NCBI RefSeq assembly: GCF_006345805.1
Contig: NC_043000.1
Location: 16,182,001 to 16,246,000, forward strand
From: Octopus sinensis
Taxonomy: Eukaryota
Length of the DNA stretch: 64,000 nucleotides
Reading direction: 5' to 3'
Shown: one piece after another, positions 24,408-37,396 of the stretch
Numbering within the stretch: the first letter of the stretch is position 1
How the letters are laid out: every line of letters begins with the position of its first letter
Program-made: the position numbers and the translations under genes
The notes under the pieces: generated by a model
Seen by the model: the letters and a program-made list of their open reading frames with translations, nothing else
Database searches by the model: none
What the model was told of the DNA's origin: nothing

Positions 24408-26147
24408 TATGTATTGATGATTTTAGATAAGTTAGTTAAGAGAAGAGCAGCAGCACTCATGACCATTGTAAGCTTTTCCAGACTGATAATGCTGATTCTT
24501 GTTGCTGTTAAGCAACAAGAAGGGTAAGGGTGATTAGGTGGTGGTCTAGGGCTTAGGGGCGGGAGACCCCAGACCTTGGAAAAAAAAAAAAAACTTTGGT
24601 CGTCTTGTAGTCGAGGGCTCTTCATTGACGCCCGACACCACTGGGAGGTGGCCCTCGAAGTTGCTGGAAATGGAGATCTCCAGGTCCAAATTCTTGAATG
24701 GCTGATAATGCTGATGGAGCCAATGTCTAGCTTGAATGCAAAAATGCGACAGAAATTCTCAAAATAACGAAATGTGCTAAAGATACAATGTCCAGGTGAA
24801 TGTTTTAAGATGTGTTATACTAATCTGCCCGAGACCACCCCTGATAGAAATTAGTTTGAACACTTTAGCATTCAAACTGTCCAGATCCAACTTCTCACAC
24901 CTACCCTACAATGTCATTCTAAAAATAAATAATCACACAATTAAAATCCTGAAGCTACAAGATAATGCATGATTAAAATTCAAAATGTGAATAACTAACT
25001 AATCATTGCATTCATCAGAGTAACTGAATATTAAAAGGTTAAAGTGACCCAAAATAAGAAGCTTCCATCAAAATTCCAAGCGAATTTATGTTCCAAACAC
25101 CAGCTTAGTAATGAAAAAGTTGTTTTAAATTCTTTATTAGTCTTCATATTTAACTGAAACAAAGGAAGTGTATTACAATGGAAATGCAGAAACAGAAGTG
25201 CAGGCTTAGCAGTTCTTACAGGTCAGTATCAGCCATGTCTGATTTTCTCTTTTATTCTCTTACTTGTTTGTTATTTGACTGCAGCCATGCTGGAGCACCT
25301 CCTTTAGTCAAACAAATTGACCCCAAGACTTACTCTTTGTAAGCATAGTACTTATTCTATCAGGCTCTTTTGCCAGGGATGTAAACACACCAACATTAGT
25401 TGTCAAGCGATGGTAGGGATACAAACACAGACACACAAGCATGTATATATATATATATATGACAGGCTTCTTTCAGTTTCTTATTTCTTTACTGCCCACA
25501 AGGGGCTACACACAGAGGGGACAAACAAATGGATTTTTACATCGACCCCAATGCATAACTAGTACTTAATTTATCAACCCCGAAAGGATGAAAGGCAAAG
25601 TTAATCTTGGCGGAATTTGAACTCGGAACGTAATGGCAGACGAAATACCTCTAAGTATTTCACCCGGCAAGCTAACGTTTCTGCCAGTTCGCCACCTTAA
25701 AGGCTTCTTCCAGTTTCTGTCTTACCAAATCCACTCACAAGGTTTTGGTTGGTCCGAGGCTATAGTAGAAAACACTTGGCCAAGGTGCCATGTAGTGGGA
25801 CTAAACCTAGAACTATGTGGTTGGTAAGCAAGCTACTTACCACACAGCCATGCCTGCGCCTATTCACAAGGGTTTGGTTAACCCAAGGCTATTGTAGAAG
25901 ACACTTGCTCATCTATGACAAAGAAGCACATCTTCAAGACTAATGAGTGAAAAGAAGGAAGAATCCACTTTGTAATCTAGCTAAGGTTATCCATAGCTTT
26001 GTTAAACTTTACTGACAAACCATGATTTTTTATTCTTTTACTTATTTCAGTCATTTGACTGCAGCCATGCTGGAGCACTGAGTTTAGTCAAACAAATCAA
26101 CTCTGGGACTGTTGTCAAGCAATGGTAGGGGGGGCAAACATGGACAT

Positions 26148-26178
<31 letters not shown>

Positions 26179-26779
26179 CACACACACGACAGGCTTCATT
26201 CAGTTTCTGTCTACAAAATCCACTCACAAGGCTTTGGCCGGCCCAAGGCTATAGTAAAAGACACTTGCCCAAGGTTCCACAGCCATTCCGCATATAATCG
26301 TTATTTCAAAGATAACTAGACATGGTTGGGTGATTTGAATATTTAGTTGTTACATAGGTCAAGTAACAATACCTGACCTATCGCTGGTCTCTAATTTGAT
26401 GCATTAGTACTGGACAAAGACTTCTCTATTTCTTTCTTAACTACTTATCCATCACAATCTTATATATTTAGCAGCATAGGGGCAGAAGTAAGAAATAATC
26501 AACTGTTTAGAACAGTAGTTCCAAAATAGTGCACTGCAAGGGGTATCTAGATGTGTAGGGGACTTAAAAATATAATTTAAGGCTCTAAACCACTGGGTCA
26601 GATTGAATACAGTGGTTTGAACTGATGATCTCTATTTTTGTATGAATGTTTCAAGTTTTTACGTTTGTGAACTTGTGTTGTAAGATTCCTGATGTGAAAC
26701 CAGGTGTTGAAACATATTGTTGTATTTTGGGATGGTCATCTTTTTTTTGCCAAATAAACACACACACTATATATTCGTT

Positions 26780-27600
26780 CTTCACCTGTTCTTATTTTAA
26801 CTCGTCAATTGCCAGGAAATCTTGTCACACATCTGTGACCTCTTTAGCAACACTTTCCATTCTCATGTGTGCTCCTGCTCCACTTAGACCATTCTGTTCT
26901 CTTATGATGTGCATCCTTATAAGCACATGCATTTACATCAGTAATTCTGTGTTGTTGTTCTTAGTAGCACCATGACCCTCTCATTTGGAGTTTGCTCTCC
27001 TTGCTCAATATTTTGAATCTGGGTTTATCGCCGTTAACGAGAGTGGCCGGATCTACCTCACACCTACAGCAACCACTCTCACATCATCTCGCCTGGTTTT
27101 GGGTGTCCTCCCTCCTAATCTCCTCCACCTGCCCCCTCCAAGTTTTCTTTGGTTGACCTCGCCTTCACAGTTCATTCACCCTGAACTCAAGCAGTCTTCT
27201 CAGAACATGATCCACATCCCTCCTCAACACATGTCCATATCACCACATCCCATTCACCCTTGCCAGCTGTTCCAGATTCCTCCAGCCCCAGCACTCCCAT
27301 CAAGTCCTCAGCCTCCTTTTATCCAATAGTTTCACACCACAAATTGCTCTCTCAGTCCTTCTCAAAATGGCTATTCACTTTCCCTCAGACACCATGTCTC
27401 ACTCCCATACAGCATTGCAAATCTCATGCAACTCCGATAAACCCTTCCTTTCATATTCAAGGAGAACCGTTTCCCATATAATAATGCTCCACATTCCCTG
27501 AACTTCATCCAGCCAAGTTTTGCTCTTGCTGTCACAGCTGCTTCACATCCACCCTATCTCCCAAATAATAAAAACCCTCTCACTCTTTCCATCTCATCAC
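26780..27600 (-). mobile_element. Old degraded RTE-like LINE remnants
   Basis: Disrupted GHV.RRD / GRPK.R type codons on the minus strand; many stops. Confidence 0.45.
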
Positions 27601-28190
27601 ATAGCCCTGAAAAAAAAACAAAAAAAAACTGCCATTCTCAAAAACATTGAGTTTTCTAATCACTTCAACTGTTTTGTTTATATTGTGTCTATATAAGTGC
27701 AGGCATGGTCATGTGGCAAAGAAATGGCTTCCTAGCTATAGTTTCCAGTTCAGTTCCCACATTGTTCCACCTTGTGCAAGTGTCTTTACAATAGATCTGG
27801 GCCAACCAAAGCTTTGTGAGTGAATTTGGTACATGGAAACTGAAAGAAGCCTATCATATACAATTTTAGTATAAAACAGCTAAATTGAGTGAATTTAGAA
27901 GTCACACACATTTTTCAAAAGTTTTGCACAACTAACACCAAATTGTTCCAAGCATGAATTTGTAGCTAATTTTTGTCTGAATTTCACAGAGGCCAATATT
28001 GTCTTTCATCTTTTGCGGGAGTCAATAAAATAAGCACTAACTGAGCACTAGGGTTTGATGTAATCGATTAAACCCCATTCTCTGACCATAGTAAGGGGAG
28101 GGGGGGGATTGTTTTTGAATACTGAAACAGAGAAAGAGAAAATGTTTCAATTTTACACAGATTGAAATCAGGGAATTTATAATAGCTGCA

Positions 28191-28760
28191 ATCATCATCA
28201 TCATTTAGCGTCCGTTTTCCATGCTAGCATGGGTTGGACGGTTCAACTGGGGTCTGAAGCAAACGGCCACAAACGGATGGTGCTTTTACGTGCCACTGGC
28301 ACAGGGGCCAGGCGAGGCTGGCAACGGACACGAACGGATGGTGCTTTTACGTGCCACTGGCACAGGGGCCAGGCGAGGCTGGCAACGGACACGAACGGAT
28401 GGTGCTTTTACGTGCCACTGGCACAGGGGCCAGGCGAGGCTGGCAACGGACACGAATGGATGGTGCTTTTACGTGTCACTGGCACGGAGGCCAGTCGGGG
28501 CGGCGCTGGCAACGGCCACGAACGGATGGTGCTTTTATGTGCCACCAGCACGGGGGCCAGGTGAGGCTGGCAATGGACACGAACGGATGGTGCTTTTACG
28601 TGCCACCGGCACGGAGGCCAGTCGGGGCGGCGCTGGCAACGGCCACAATCGGATGGTTCGCTTACTTGTCACCGGCACTGGTATCACAGCTGCAATTTCC
28701 ATTGATGTTGATCGACTTCGATTTTGGTTCTGCTTTCTGATATCTGATTTGATTTTGATT
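28191..28760 (-). mobile_element. RTE 3' UTR fragment (family A) with ~6.5 tandem 61-bp units
   Basis: Unit acgaacggatggtgcttttacgtgccactggcacaggggccaggcgaggctggcaacggac repeated over 28263-28660. Confidence 0.85.
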
Positions 28761-28844
28761 TTTTTTGATTTTGTCAACCCAAAATATATGCTTTGGAGAG
28801 GAAAAAAAAAAAACACACAAACACGTTGTCATTTAAGTATAAAC

Positions 28845-28850
28845 TTTATT
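28845..28850 (-). terminator. Polyadenylation signal of MRTO4
   Basis: AATAAA 40 nt after the stop codon, followed by a GU/U-rich downstream element (28801-28825). Confidence 0.7.
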
Positions 28851-28890
28851 TACACAATACTATAGCAATGTCAGAAAAATATTGCTTGTG

Positions 28891-28943
28891 CTATGAGTCC
28901 TCAGTTTCCTCTTCATCTTTCTGTGGATCAGCAGTCTGGTTCA
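28891..28943 (-). CDS. MRTO4: MRTO4 terminal exon (acidic tail)
   Basis: Acceptor tggtttcag|TG; phase 1 fits C|gtaagt; (L)NQTADPQKDEEETEDS*; poly(A) signal follows. Confidence 0.8.
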
Positions 28944-29310
28944 CTGAAACCATAAAATATGATTTAGAATATAATATGAGCATGCTTGAGAAAGAAGGGA
29001 AAGAAAATTATTTAACCCTTTCATTACTGTATTTATTTTGAGATGTTCTGTGTTTCCTTCAATTAATTTTAAATATAAAGAATTTAGTAAAATAACTTAA
29101 TCGAAAGACCAATATTTCATATTGTTCTCTTAGCAGATATGCATTCTTGATGTATTGCAAGCCACTGACTTCTTGATAATCCCTGGCATAGACCAGGTTG
29201 TATTATGCATACTACCCTTACAGAGACTACTCTCCTCCATTCTTAGAATTTTATGATCCAGCAGACACACCCGGCACATGTGTGCCAAACATCACACTGC
29301 CATTGTTTAA

Positions 29311-29521
29311 CCCTTTTGTTACTGTATTTATTTTGAGATGCTCTGTGTTTGTTTCAATTACTTTAAATATAACAAAGACTTCAGTAAAATAACTTAGTTA
29401 TCATTAAGCTAGTGTTAGGAACATAAATTGCGAATAAGGTTTGGTGGAAGATTTGAGTTCAAAACTTATGGAAACAAGACATTTATACTAAAGAGCCAGA
29501 GCCAGTTTGGTAATGAAAGGG
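29311..29521. mobile_element. piggyBac-type MITE (TTAA, CCCTTT termini)
   Basis: TTAA|CCCTTT...AAAGGG|TTAA; partial copy at ~29013. Confidence 0.7.
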
Positions 29522-30279
29522 TTAAAGAAAGATTAAAAAGATCAGGAATACATATATTAGAATAACAATGTCAGAATAAATTAGTAATAATATCTCATTA
29601 TGTAAGGAAGATTATCTATTCTACAGAAATCAACAAATACCAAGAACTTTCATATGGTCATTCAACAGGCTAGGGAAAGGAGAAAAACCTCTTTCAAGCC
29701 ATAGTACTCATTAAAAAATAAAGTCAAATAAAATCAAAAGAAAAAAAAGACACTGTACACCATGTGGTAAACCGTAGCAAAGTGTACAATATGTCACTTA
29801 ACTAAGCATAGTATGATCTATTTGCAACACTGCATGGTGCCAAATAGTTTGAATAACCCACATAGCAAAACACTTCTAAATCAATAACTGCAATCAATAT
29901 TTATTATAGTCTGTGGCCATACTGGAACACTGCCTTGAATCGTTTAGCTGAATAAATTGATCCATGCACCTACACTTTTTAGGTCTGGTAAATCAAGTGA
30001 TCGTGGGATACAAACAAAGCAACATAAACACATGTTGCAGTGTACACTAACACAGCCTGCATCTGCGAAAATATTACACTGAAGTTTACAGGTTTGGGCA
30101 AATTTGTATGTTAAAATATTCAGAGAAAAGTGGGATTTGATATTCTGCAACTGACTAACTAAGAAAAATTCCTCAACTGAGAGGTTAAGTGGTATTTATA
30201 ACACTACAACAAAATTATATTCTTTGTTCTTTGGTCAGTAAGTGTTATTCCCTATTCTGCTTCTATCTAGAAATTGAAG

Positions 30280-30627
30280 GAATCGAATTGAACCAGCCAG
30301 GATCCCTGGTCTGGTGGTACGTAAAAAGCACTATCCGACTCGTGGCCGATGCCAGCGCTGCCTCGACTGGCTTCCGTGCCGGTGGCACATAAAATACACC
30401 AATCCGACCGTGGCCGTTGCCAGCCTCGCCTGGCACCTGTGCAGGTGGCACGTAAAAAGCACCCACTACACTCACGGAATGGTTGGCGTTAGGAAGGGCA
30501 TCCAGCTGTCGAAACATTGCCAGATAAGACTGGAGCCTGGTGCAGCCTTCTGGCTTCCCAGATCCCCGGTTGAACCGTCCAACCCATGCTAGCATGGAGA
30601 ATGGACGTTAAACGATGATGATGATGA
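30280..30627 (+). mobile_element. RTE 3' UTR fragment (family A)
   Basis: Same core and (GAT)n tail. Further copies at ~19766, 33750, 39260, 40788, 42429, 45145, 47101, 51951, 52748 and 53128. Confidence 0.8.
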
Positions 30628-31173
30628 CTACTGTCCCCTTCTAAATTTTGCTTTTCTAACTTGGACATCAATGTTTTGAAAGTGACCCATTCCCCATTAC
30701 ATTTCAGACAGATTCAGTGCTGAGTTGTTCAAGCAGAAATATCATCATAGCAAATATTCTGCTCAATATCACAGATTTGCTTGTCAGTAGCTTGATCATA
30801 ACCATTTGATCATGTCCGTTAGTGGCTGACAATATGTGCATCTCTCACCATGAGCAAGAATAGTAGAAGAGCATCATAGCCAGGGATTCTTATATATTTG
30901 AATAAATGTAACAAAAACAAAGTTTGAAGGAAATATTAGCCATTTTTCTTAGTTTCTAAGGGTAAGTAAATAGGAAATAGCAGTTGCTACCTAAGGACAA
31001 AAACCATGTTACACAGTGTAATATATAAGAACAATATGAGGGCAAGATGGGAGGGTAAATGTATGAAGTGGTCATAGATAACAGAAACTGAAAGCCCATC
31101 GTGTGTGTGTGTGTGTGTGTATATCTATCTTAATATCTCTATCTATCTATATATTTTTCTATTTATTTATCTT

Positions 31174-31206
<33 letters not shown>

Positions 31207-31369
31207 CTGTAAATGAATACATAAGACTAATCCTTAGAGTGTAAGCAAGAAAGATATGCCATAATATACACCTGGAAGATCCTGGAGGGACTTGTCCCAA
31301 ACTTTGGCATCGAGAGTTACACAAATACTAGAACTGGGCATTACTGCATAACACTGACCACTTCCTAGC

Positions 31370-31665
31370 CCCACATCCACACACATGTCAAGGTTACCAG
31401 CCCTCTTCCACATGCACATACATGTTCTCTTATACACACGCACACCTTCGTTTTGGGATCATCACTACTTTATTATCTCCCCATTTTCCTAGCTCTCCTG
31501 TGTGACCCCTCTGCCTGGCATTTTATTTTCTTTCCTTGTTTCTTTCTTTGGAAGAGCGTAGGCTTGAAACGTTAAAGACTTTTTCACTTCCTGAGCGTTA
31601 AATTAATACATCTGTTTGTTGTCTACACCACCTGTCTTTGTCTTTTGTTTTGTTTTGTGAATTCT

Positions 31666-31668
<3 letters not shown>
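31370..31668 (+). mobile_element. Penelope-type 3' end fragment abutting (TA)n
   Basis: Homologous to 62576-62792; contains the hammerhead-like gaagagcgtaggcttgaaacgttaaaga. The Penelope assignment is inferred, since no ORF is attached. Confidence 0.55.
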
Positions 31669-31717
<49 letters not shown>

Positions 31718-31723
<6 letters not shown>

Positions 31724-33260
31724 AGTTTGAAAATGTCACTATATAAGATAAATTTTAATTTTCTTAGAGAATTTTCATGTTTTGGTTCTTCTTGAAAAAA
31801 ACGAACCTTATCAAAAATATTTTAGAAAGTTAAGTGTAATAAAAAAGTTCATAATTGTTTCTTACTAGTCTCAACAGAGTCCACATGGTGGTGTTTTGTG
31901 GGGGGGGGGGGAGCATAATGGCTGTCTTGTGCATTGACTAGAATAGTAGTAGTAGTGACTGTGATGATGGTTGGAGTTGTAGCAGAGACTGTTGTTTGCA
32001 GTAGTAGTAGTGATATTGGCGGTAGTGTTAGTGGTGGTTGTAGAATTCCTTTTTTGGATAACCAATATATGGTTTTAATGTTCTTGGCCTAGGGTGTTTA
32101 GACTTGGTCTAAATTTTCTAATGAAATGGAGTTCTTGGTTATGACGTATGAAAGTTACGTTGTTATTGAATTGGTAAAGTGGAAAAGTTGTGAATTTTGG
32201 ATTTTTATTTGATGCACATCTGTCTATATGGCCGTTGACAAGTATTTTCCTGTATTCAGGATTCCTAATTTGGGATTTATGTACTGCCATCCTTTTTTGT
32301 AGGCTGTTTTTTGTATGACCAATATATTGCCTATTACCCCCTGTGCATGTTATCATGTAAATTAAATTTCCCGATGCACAGGTGAAGTTTGTTCTGATGG
32401 TAAAATGATGGCCTTGTTCTAATGTGTATTCCAAACCTTCTACTAAGATGACACAGATCCCGCAGTTGGGCTTTCCACATTTTTTAACTGTTGATTTTCT
32501 GGTTGTTATTGGGTGCAGTTAAGCCTGGGTTAAAATATCCTTTAAGGATTTTGGTTGCCATTTATTTTTTATGATGGTGTACGTTTGGAGGATTCGGTTC
32601 ATCTTTGGGTCTCCCTTGAGTAGAGCTGTGCTTTGGAGTATGGTGTTGAAGGCCTCATTGTTAAGTGGGTTGTGTGTAGAGATGTAGGGTAGGGTTTTTA
32701 ATTGTTTTTGGTTTTGGTTGTCTTAGGTCTTCTATATTTAATTTAAGTGCTCGTTGGATTGTATTATCTATTAGGGGTTGTGGATAATTCCTATTTATGA
32801 GAGTAGTTCTGAGTTCCTGGAGACGTGTGTCGGGTGTTTGTGTCTGATATTATGGTGCAAATCCTTCTGGCTAAACAGAAAGGGATATTCATTCTTGTGT
32901 GTCTTGGGTGGCATGAGTCAAATGGTAGGTACTGCTCTGAGTCTGTTGGTTTATAATAGATATCTGTCTCTATTTTGTTGCTAACTTTCTTAATAAGGAT
33001 GTCTAGAAATAGTAGTTTTCTTGGTTATGTTCTATCCTGAATTGAAGGTTTTCATTAATTCCATTTAGTAGTATTTTAATTCCTCAAATTTTTCTATACT
33101 TTCATCCCAGAGGATGAAGCAGTCGTTGAGATATCTTTTCCAGTTGTTCTGGATATAGGTGGAGAAAGAATTTCCATATTTCTTGAGTGTTCTCTGGTAA
33201 AGTATTATTTCGAGGTATCCCATTACTAGGTTGGCAAAAGAAGGCACAGTACATGTACCC
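31718..33260 (-). mobile_element. 5'-truncated Penelope-like retroelement (RT plus GIY-YIG endonuclease), degenerate
   Basis: GTCTVPSFANLVMGYLE...WKRYLNDCFILW (RT motifs), CGKPNCGIC linker, and NLIYMITC...YIGHT...RMAVH...ELHFIRKFRPSLN (GIY-YIG); ends at (TA)n. Confidence 0.9.
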
Positions 33261-34250
33261 TTCAAGGTGATGCCACAGAATGGCCACAGTAAATGACTGA
33301 AACAAATAAAAGATAAAAGACTAAAAGCCAGTTTTCCCCATGATCGAAGAGTCACATCATCTTTTTGTATAATCTAGAAAGCAGTCAGTAGAGTCTGAAA
33401 GAAGAGGCTAGCAACTCTGGTTGTGTGGTGTGAAAGGAAGAAGAGCTGATGTAGGGCTTATGGTATTGAGGTGGAAAGCCAGATGTTGTTGAGAGCTAAA
33501 AGAAGTGAAAGTGAATTGAATGGAATGGAGGGTGAAAAGTATTGGTGTAAAATATGGCACCAAAAGCAGTTAATAGAGAAAACACAGCTTTAACATAGGA
33601 CTAGTGTATAAGTAAGACATCTGTGCTTGTCCCCTTGATTATATTTTAGCCTTTCAACACCTGGCTCAAAGCCACCCACACCTCAAATACATCCCAATCT
33701 GTTGGGCCTCTTGCCATTGTTCTTTTTCTGTCTTGAAAGCTACTGGGCAACATCACTAATGCCAAAGGCACAAAAGGGAAAAAAATACACTCAGTACACC
33801 CTGTAAAGTGGTTGGTGTCAGGAAGGACACCTATCCATAGAAGCCATGCCAAAGCTAATACTGGAGTTCAGCACAGCTCCGCTGTGGATCACCAGAGCCT
33901 GTCAAATCACCCAATGCGCGCCAGCATGGTAAATGGATGTTAAATGATGACAACAATGATTTAAGCCTTTAGTGTTTGCATTATTCTGCCAAAATTAATC
34001 CTTTTTCATCCACATTGTTTTGAACTAATCAGGCATTATCTTGTAGCTATGAGATTTTGATGAGGTAGCTGTTAATTTTTAAAACAATTATTGTAGGGTT
34101 GGTCTGAGAGACCAGATCTGGCTAGTTTGAACATAAAACAAGCAGAATACTTTTGCCCGGATATGGCCGGTTTAAATGCTAAAGGGTTAAACCTATAAAA
34201 AGAAATAAACAAGTGCGAAGATGAGTCCAGCTGAATAGAGGAGTGGTATA

Positions 34251-34601
34251 GGAGCACTCCGTCGGTTACGACGATGAGGGTCCCAGCTGATACGATCAAC
34301 GGAACAGCTTGCTCGTGGAATTAACGTGCAAGTGGCTGAGCATTCCACAGACACGTGCACCCTTAACGTAGTTCTCGAGGAGATTCAGCGTGACACAGAG
34401 TGTGACAAGGCTGGCCCTTTGAAATACAGGTACAACAGAAACAGGAAGAAAGAGTGAAAGAAAGTTGTGGTGAAAGAGTACAGCAGGGGTCACCTCCATC
34501 CCCTGCAGGAGCCTTGTGGAGCTTTAGGTGTTTTCGCTCAATAAACACTCACAACGCCCGGTCTGGGAATCGAAACCGCGAGTCCGCTGCCCTAACCACT
34601 G
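34251..34601 (-). mobile_element. tRNA-derived SINE (family C)
   Basis: Matches 17180-17564 with small 5' deletions. Confidence 0.85.
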
Positions 34602-34793
34602 CCCTTATATAGTCTTGGTAACAAAAGGTTAGCCTCAAAATGTTAGGTTCTGCTTCTCTTTACAGTAGACAAACCTATCCAAATTCATGAACAACAGCTG
34701 TAATAGAATACAGAGAAACTGATAATACAAAACTTTAATCCCACATCTATAGTAGAGTAATAAAAAATATAAAAACAGTACAAGATTACTTAC

Positions 34794-34890
34794 GAGACTT
34801 GGTCGTGTTAAAAACTTCCCAGGAACCATCATTTGACCACATTCCTTCCATTGAGATTCGGAATTCAGCCATCATATTACCAAATAATTT
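34794..34890 (-). CDS. MRTO4: MRTO4 internal exon
   Basis: Acceptor cccctctcacag|AAA; KLFGNMMAEFRISMEGMWSNDGSWEVFNTTKS (compare human KLFGYEMAEFKV); donor C|gtaagt. Confidence 0.9.
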
Positions 34891-36481
34891 CTGTGAGAGG
34901 GGAAAATTGTTAGGGTCATGATATTAAAAAATAAAAGGAATATTGGTTTCAAATTTTGGCATATGATCAGCAAGTTCCTGGGACAGGGGCAGGTTGATTA
35001 CATTAACTCCAGTGCTTAACTGGTACTTATTCAATGCACCCTGAAAGGATGACAAGTGGATCTTGTCAGAATTTGAACATTTTGCATGACATGACAATGA
35101 CTCTGCTAGCTTGTTACCTTAATAGAATAAAAAAAGATTAAAAGGAAAGCCCCTTCTCGAGTCATATAGACCCATAAGGCCAGTTTCCTGGCTTCCAAGG
35201 TGTATATATTCCCTACCTGGATGGGACACTGGTCCGTTGCAGGAATATTCAATTTTTTGAGAGCTGAGCAGAGTGGAGCAATGTGAAATGAAGCTAAAAA
35301 ACACATGTCACCTGGTTTAGGAATTGAAATCACAATCTTACACTCCTGAGTTCAACACACAAACCACTAAACTATGTGCAAAGAAAATTAAAAGAACAAC
35401 GTTTGCACAAGGCTACATTCTAGGTGGCTGGTTCTCATTTGAACCAACCCTAGTACTTGATTGGTTCAGTAATTTACTGACCCTAGAAGGACAAAAGGTA
35501 AAGTTGGTTTCAGTGGAATTTGTACCCAGAATGTAGAGTGAGAAGAAATACTGCAAAGCATCTGGTCTTATTCTTTAACGATTCTGTGGTTCCAGATAAT
35601 AACAATTATGAAGATATGTAAACAAAAGTTGTTTACATTCAAGAAAGTATAAACAACAAAACAATTATCAATTTTGAACTCCAGCCACTGTCAGAAATAT
35701 GTGACAAACTTAAAGAATTATCACATAGAAAGTGATATATTTTTTTAATATACTTGGAAATTGATAAAATTAATTGGACACAAGGGACATAATTCTTTCA
35801 ACGGGCAATACTTATAAACGTTTATATTGTACATATTCTTTTACTCGCTTCAGTCATTTGACTGCAGCATTGCCAAGCAAATCGACCCTGGGACTTATTC
35901 TTTGTAAGCTTAGTACTTATTCTATCAGTCTCTTTTGCCGAACCGCTAAGTGACAGGGACATAAACAGACACACAAATATACATACATACGATTGGCTTC
36001 TTTCAAATCCACTCACAAGGCTTTGGTTGGTCCGACGCTTTACAAGAAGACACTTGCCCAAGATGCCACGCAGTGGGACTGAACCCGGAATCATGTGGTT
36101 CGTAAACAAGCTACTTACCACACAGCCACTCCTGCATGATGGGCTTCTTTCAGTTTCCATCCAATAAACCCACTCACAAAGCTTATTCCCTACCATTTTC
36201 ACACAAGTTATCAACATGAAGTAATATCCATGATGTGATAGCTTAGTAACACTGATGCCCTTGTAAAAGCAGCTGTCTCCATGTCCTTCACAAGAGGTCA
36301 TTGGTGTTTTAAGTTTCTACAATAATATCAATTGTATTTCAAAATGCAACTCTCGCCATAACTGGAGATTATTTCAGACATCTAAATTTGGTGCTCTTAG
36401 TCTATGCACAATAATACCTCCAAATATATCCACACATATACTTTAATCTTTAATAGAAAGATTAATCATAAACGAACAGCA

Positions 36482-36879
36482 GCAGGAGTGGCTGTGTGGT
36501 AAGTAGCTTGCTAACCAACCACATGGTTCCGGGTTCAGTCCCACTGCGTGGCATCTTGGGCAAGTGTCTTCTGCTATAGCCCCGGGCCGACCAATGCCTT
36601 GTGAGTGGATTTGGTAGACGGAAACTGAAAGAAGCCTGTCATATATGTATATACATATGTATGTGTGTGTGTGTTTGTGTGTCTGTGTTTGCCCCCCTAG
36701 CATTGCTTGACAACCGATGCTGGTGTGTTTACGTCCCTGTCACTTAGCGGTTCGGCAAAAGAGACCGATAGAATAAGTACTGGGCTTACAAAGAATAAGC
36801 CCCGGGGTCGATTTGCTTGACTAAAGACGGTGCTCCAGCATGACCGCAGTCAAATGACTGAAACAAGTAAAAGAGAGTA
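36482..36879 (+). mobile_element. tRNA-derived SINE (family B)
   Basis: Full-length copy; inverted partner at 37016-37396. Confidence 0.9.
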
Positions 36880-37015
36880 TTCAATATTGAAGAACTTTCA
36901 CTTCCTATGTGTTAAATTCCTAATGTTCACAAATCATCATCTTTTGACAGGTCACAAAAAAATTCTTGTAAAGATGAGACACAGTTAGTTGATTAAGCTA
37001 ACTGCAATATATAAA

Positions 37016-37396
37016 TACTCTTACACTTTACTCTTGTTTCAGTCATTTGACTGCGGCCATGCTGAAGCACCGCCTTTAGTCGAGCAATCGACCCCGGGAC
37101 TTATTCTTTGTAAGCCCAGTGCTTATTCTATCGGTCTCTTTTGCCGAACTGCTAAGTGACAGGGACGCAAACACACCAGCATCGGTTGTCAAGCAATGCT
37201 AGGGGGACAAACACAGACATACATATATATATACAACAGGCTTCTTTCAGTTTCCGTCTACCAAATCTACTCACAAGGCATTGGTCGGCCCGGGGCTATA
37301 GCAGAAGACACTTGCCCAAGATGCCATGCATTGGGACTGAACCCGGAACCATGTGGTTGGTTAGCAAGCTACTTACCACACAGCCACTCCTGTGCC
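37016..37396 (-). mobile_element. tRNA-derived SINE (family B)
   Basis: Full-length reverse copy. Confidence 0.9.

Noticed and set aside
28263-28660. CRISPR-like array of palindromic repeats
   Set aside because: Units are contiguous with no unique spacers, there are no cas genes, the context is eukaryotic, and it is part of an RTE 3' UTR.
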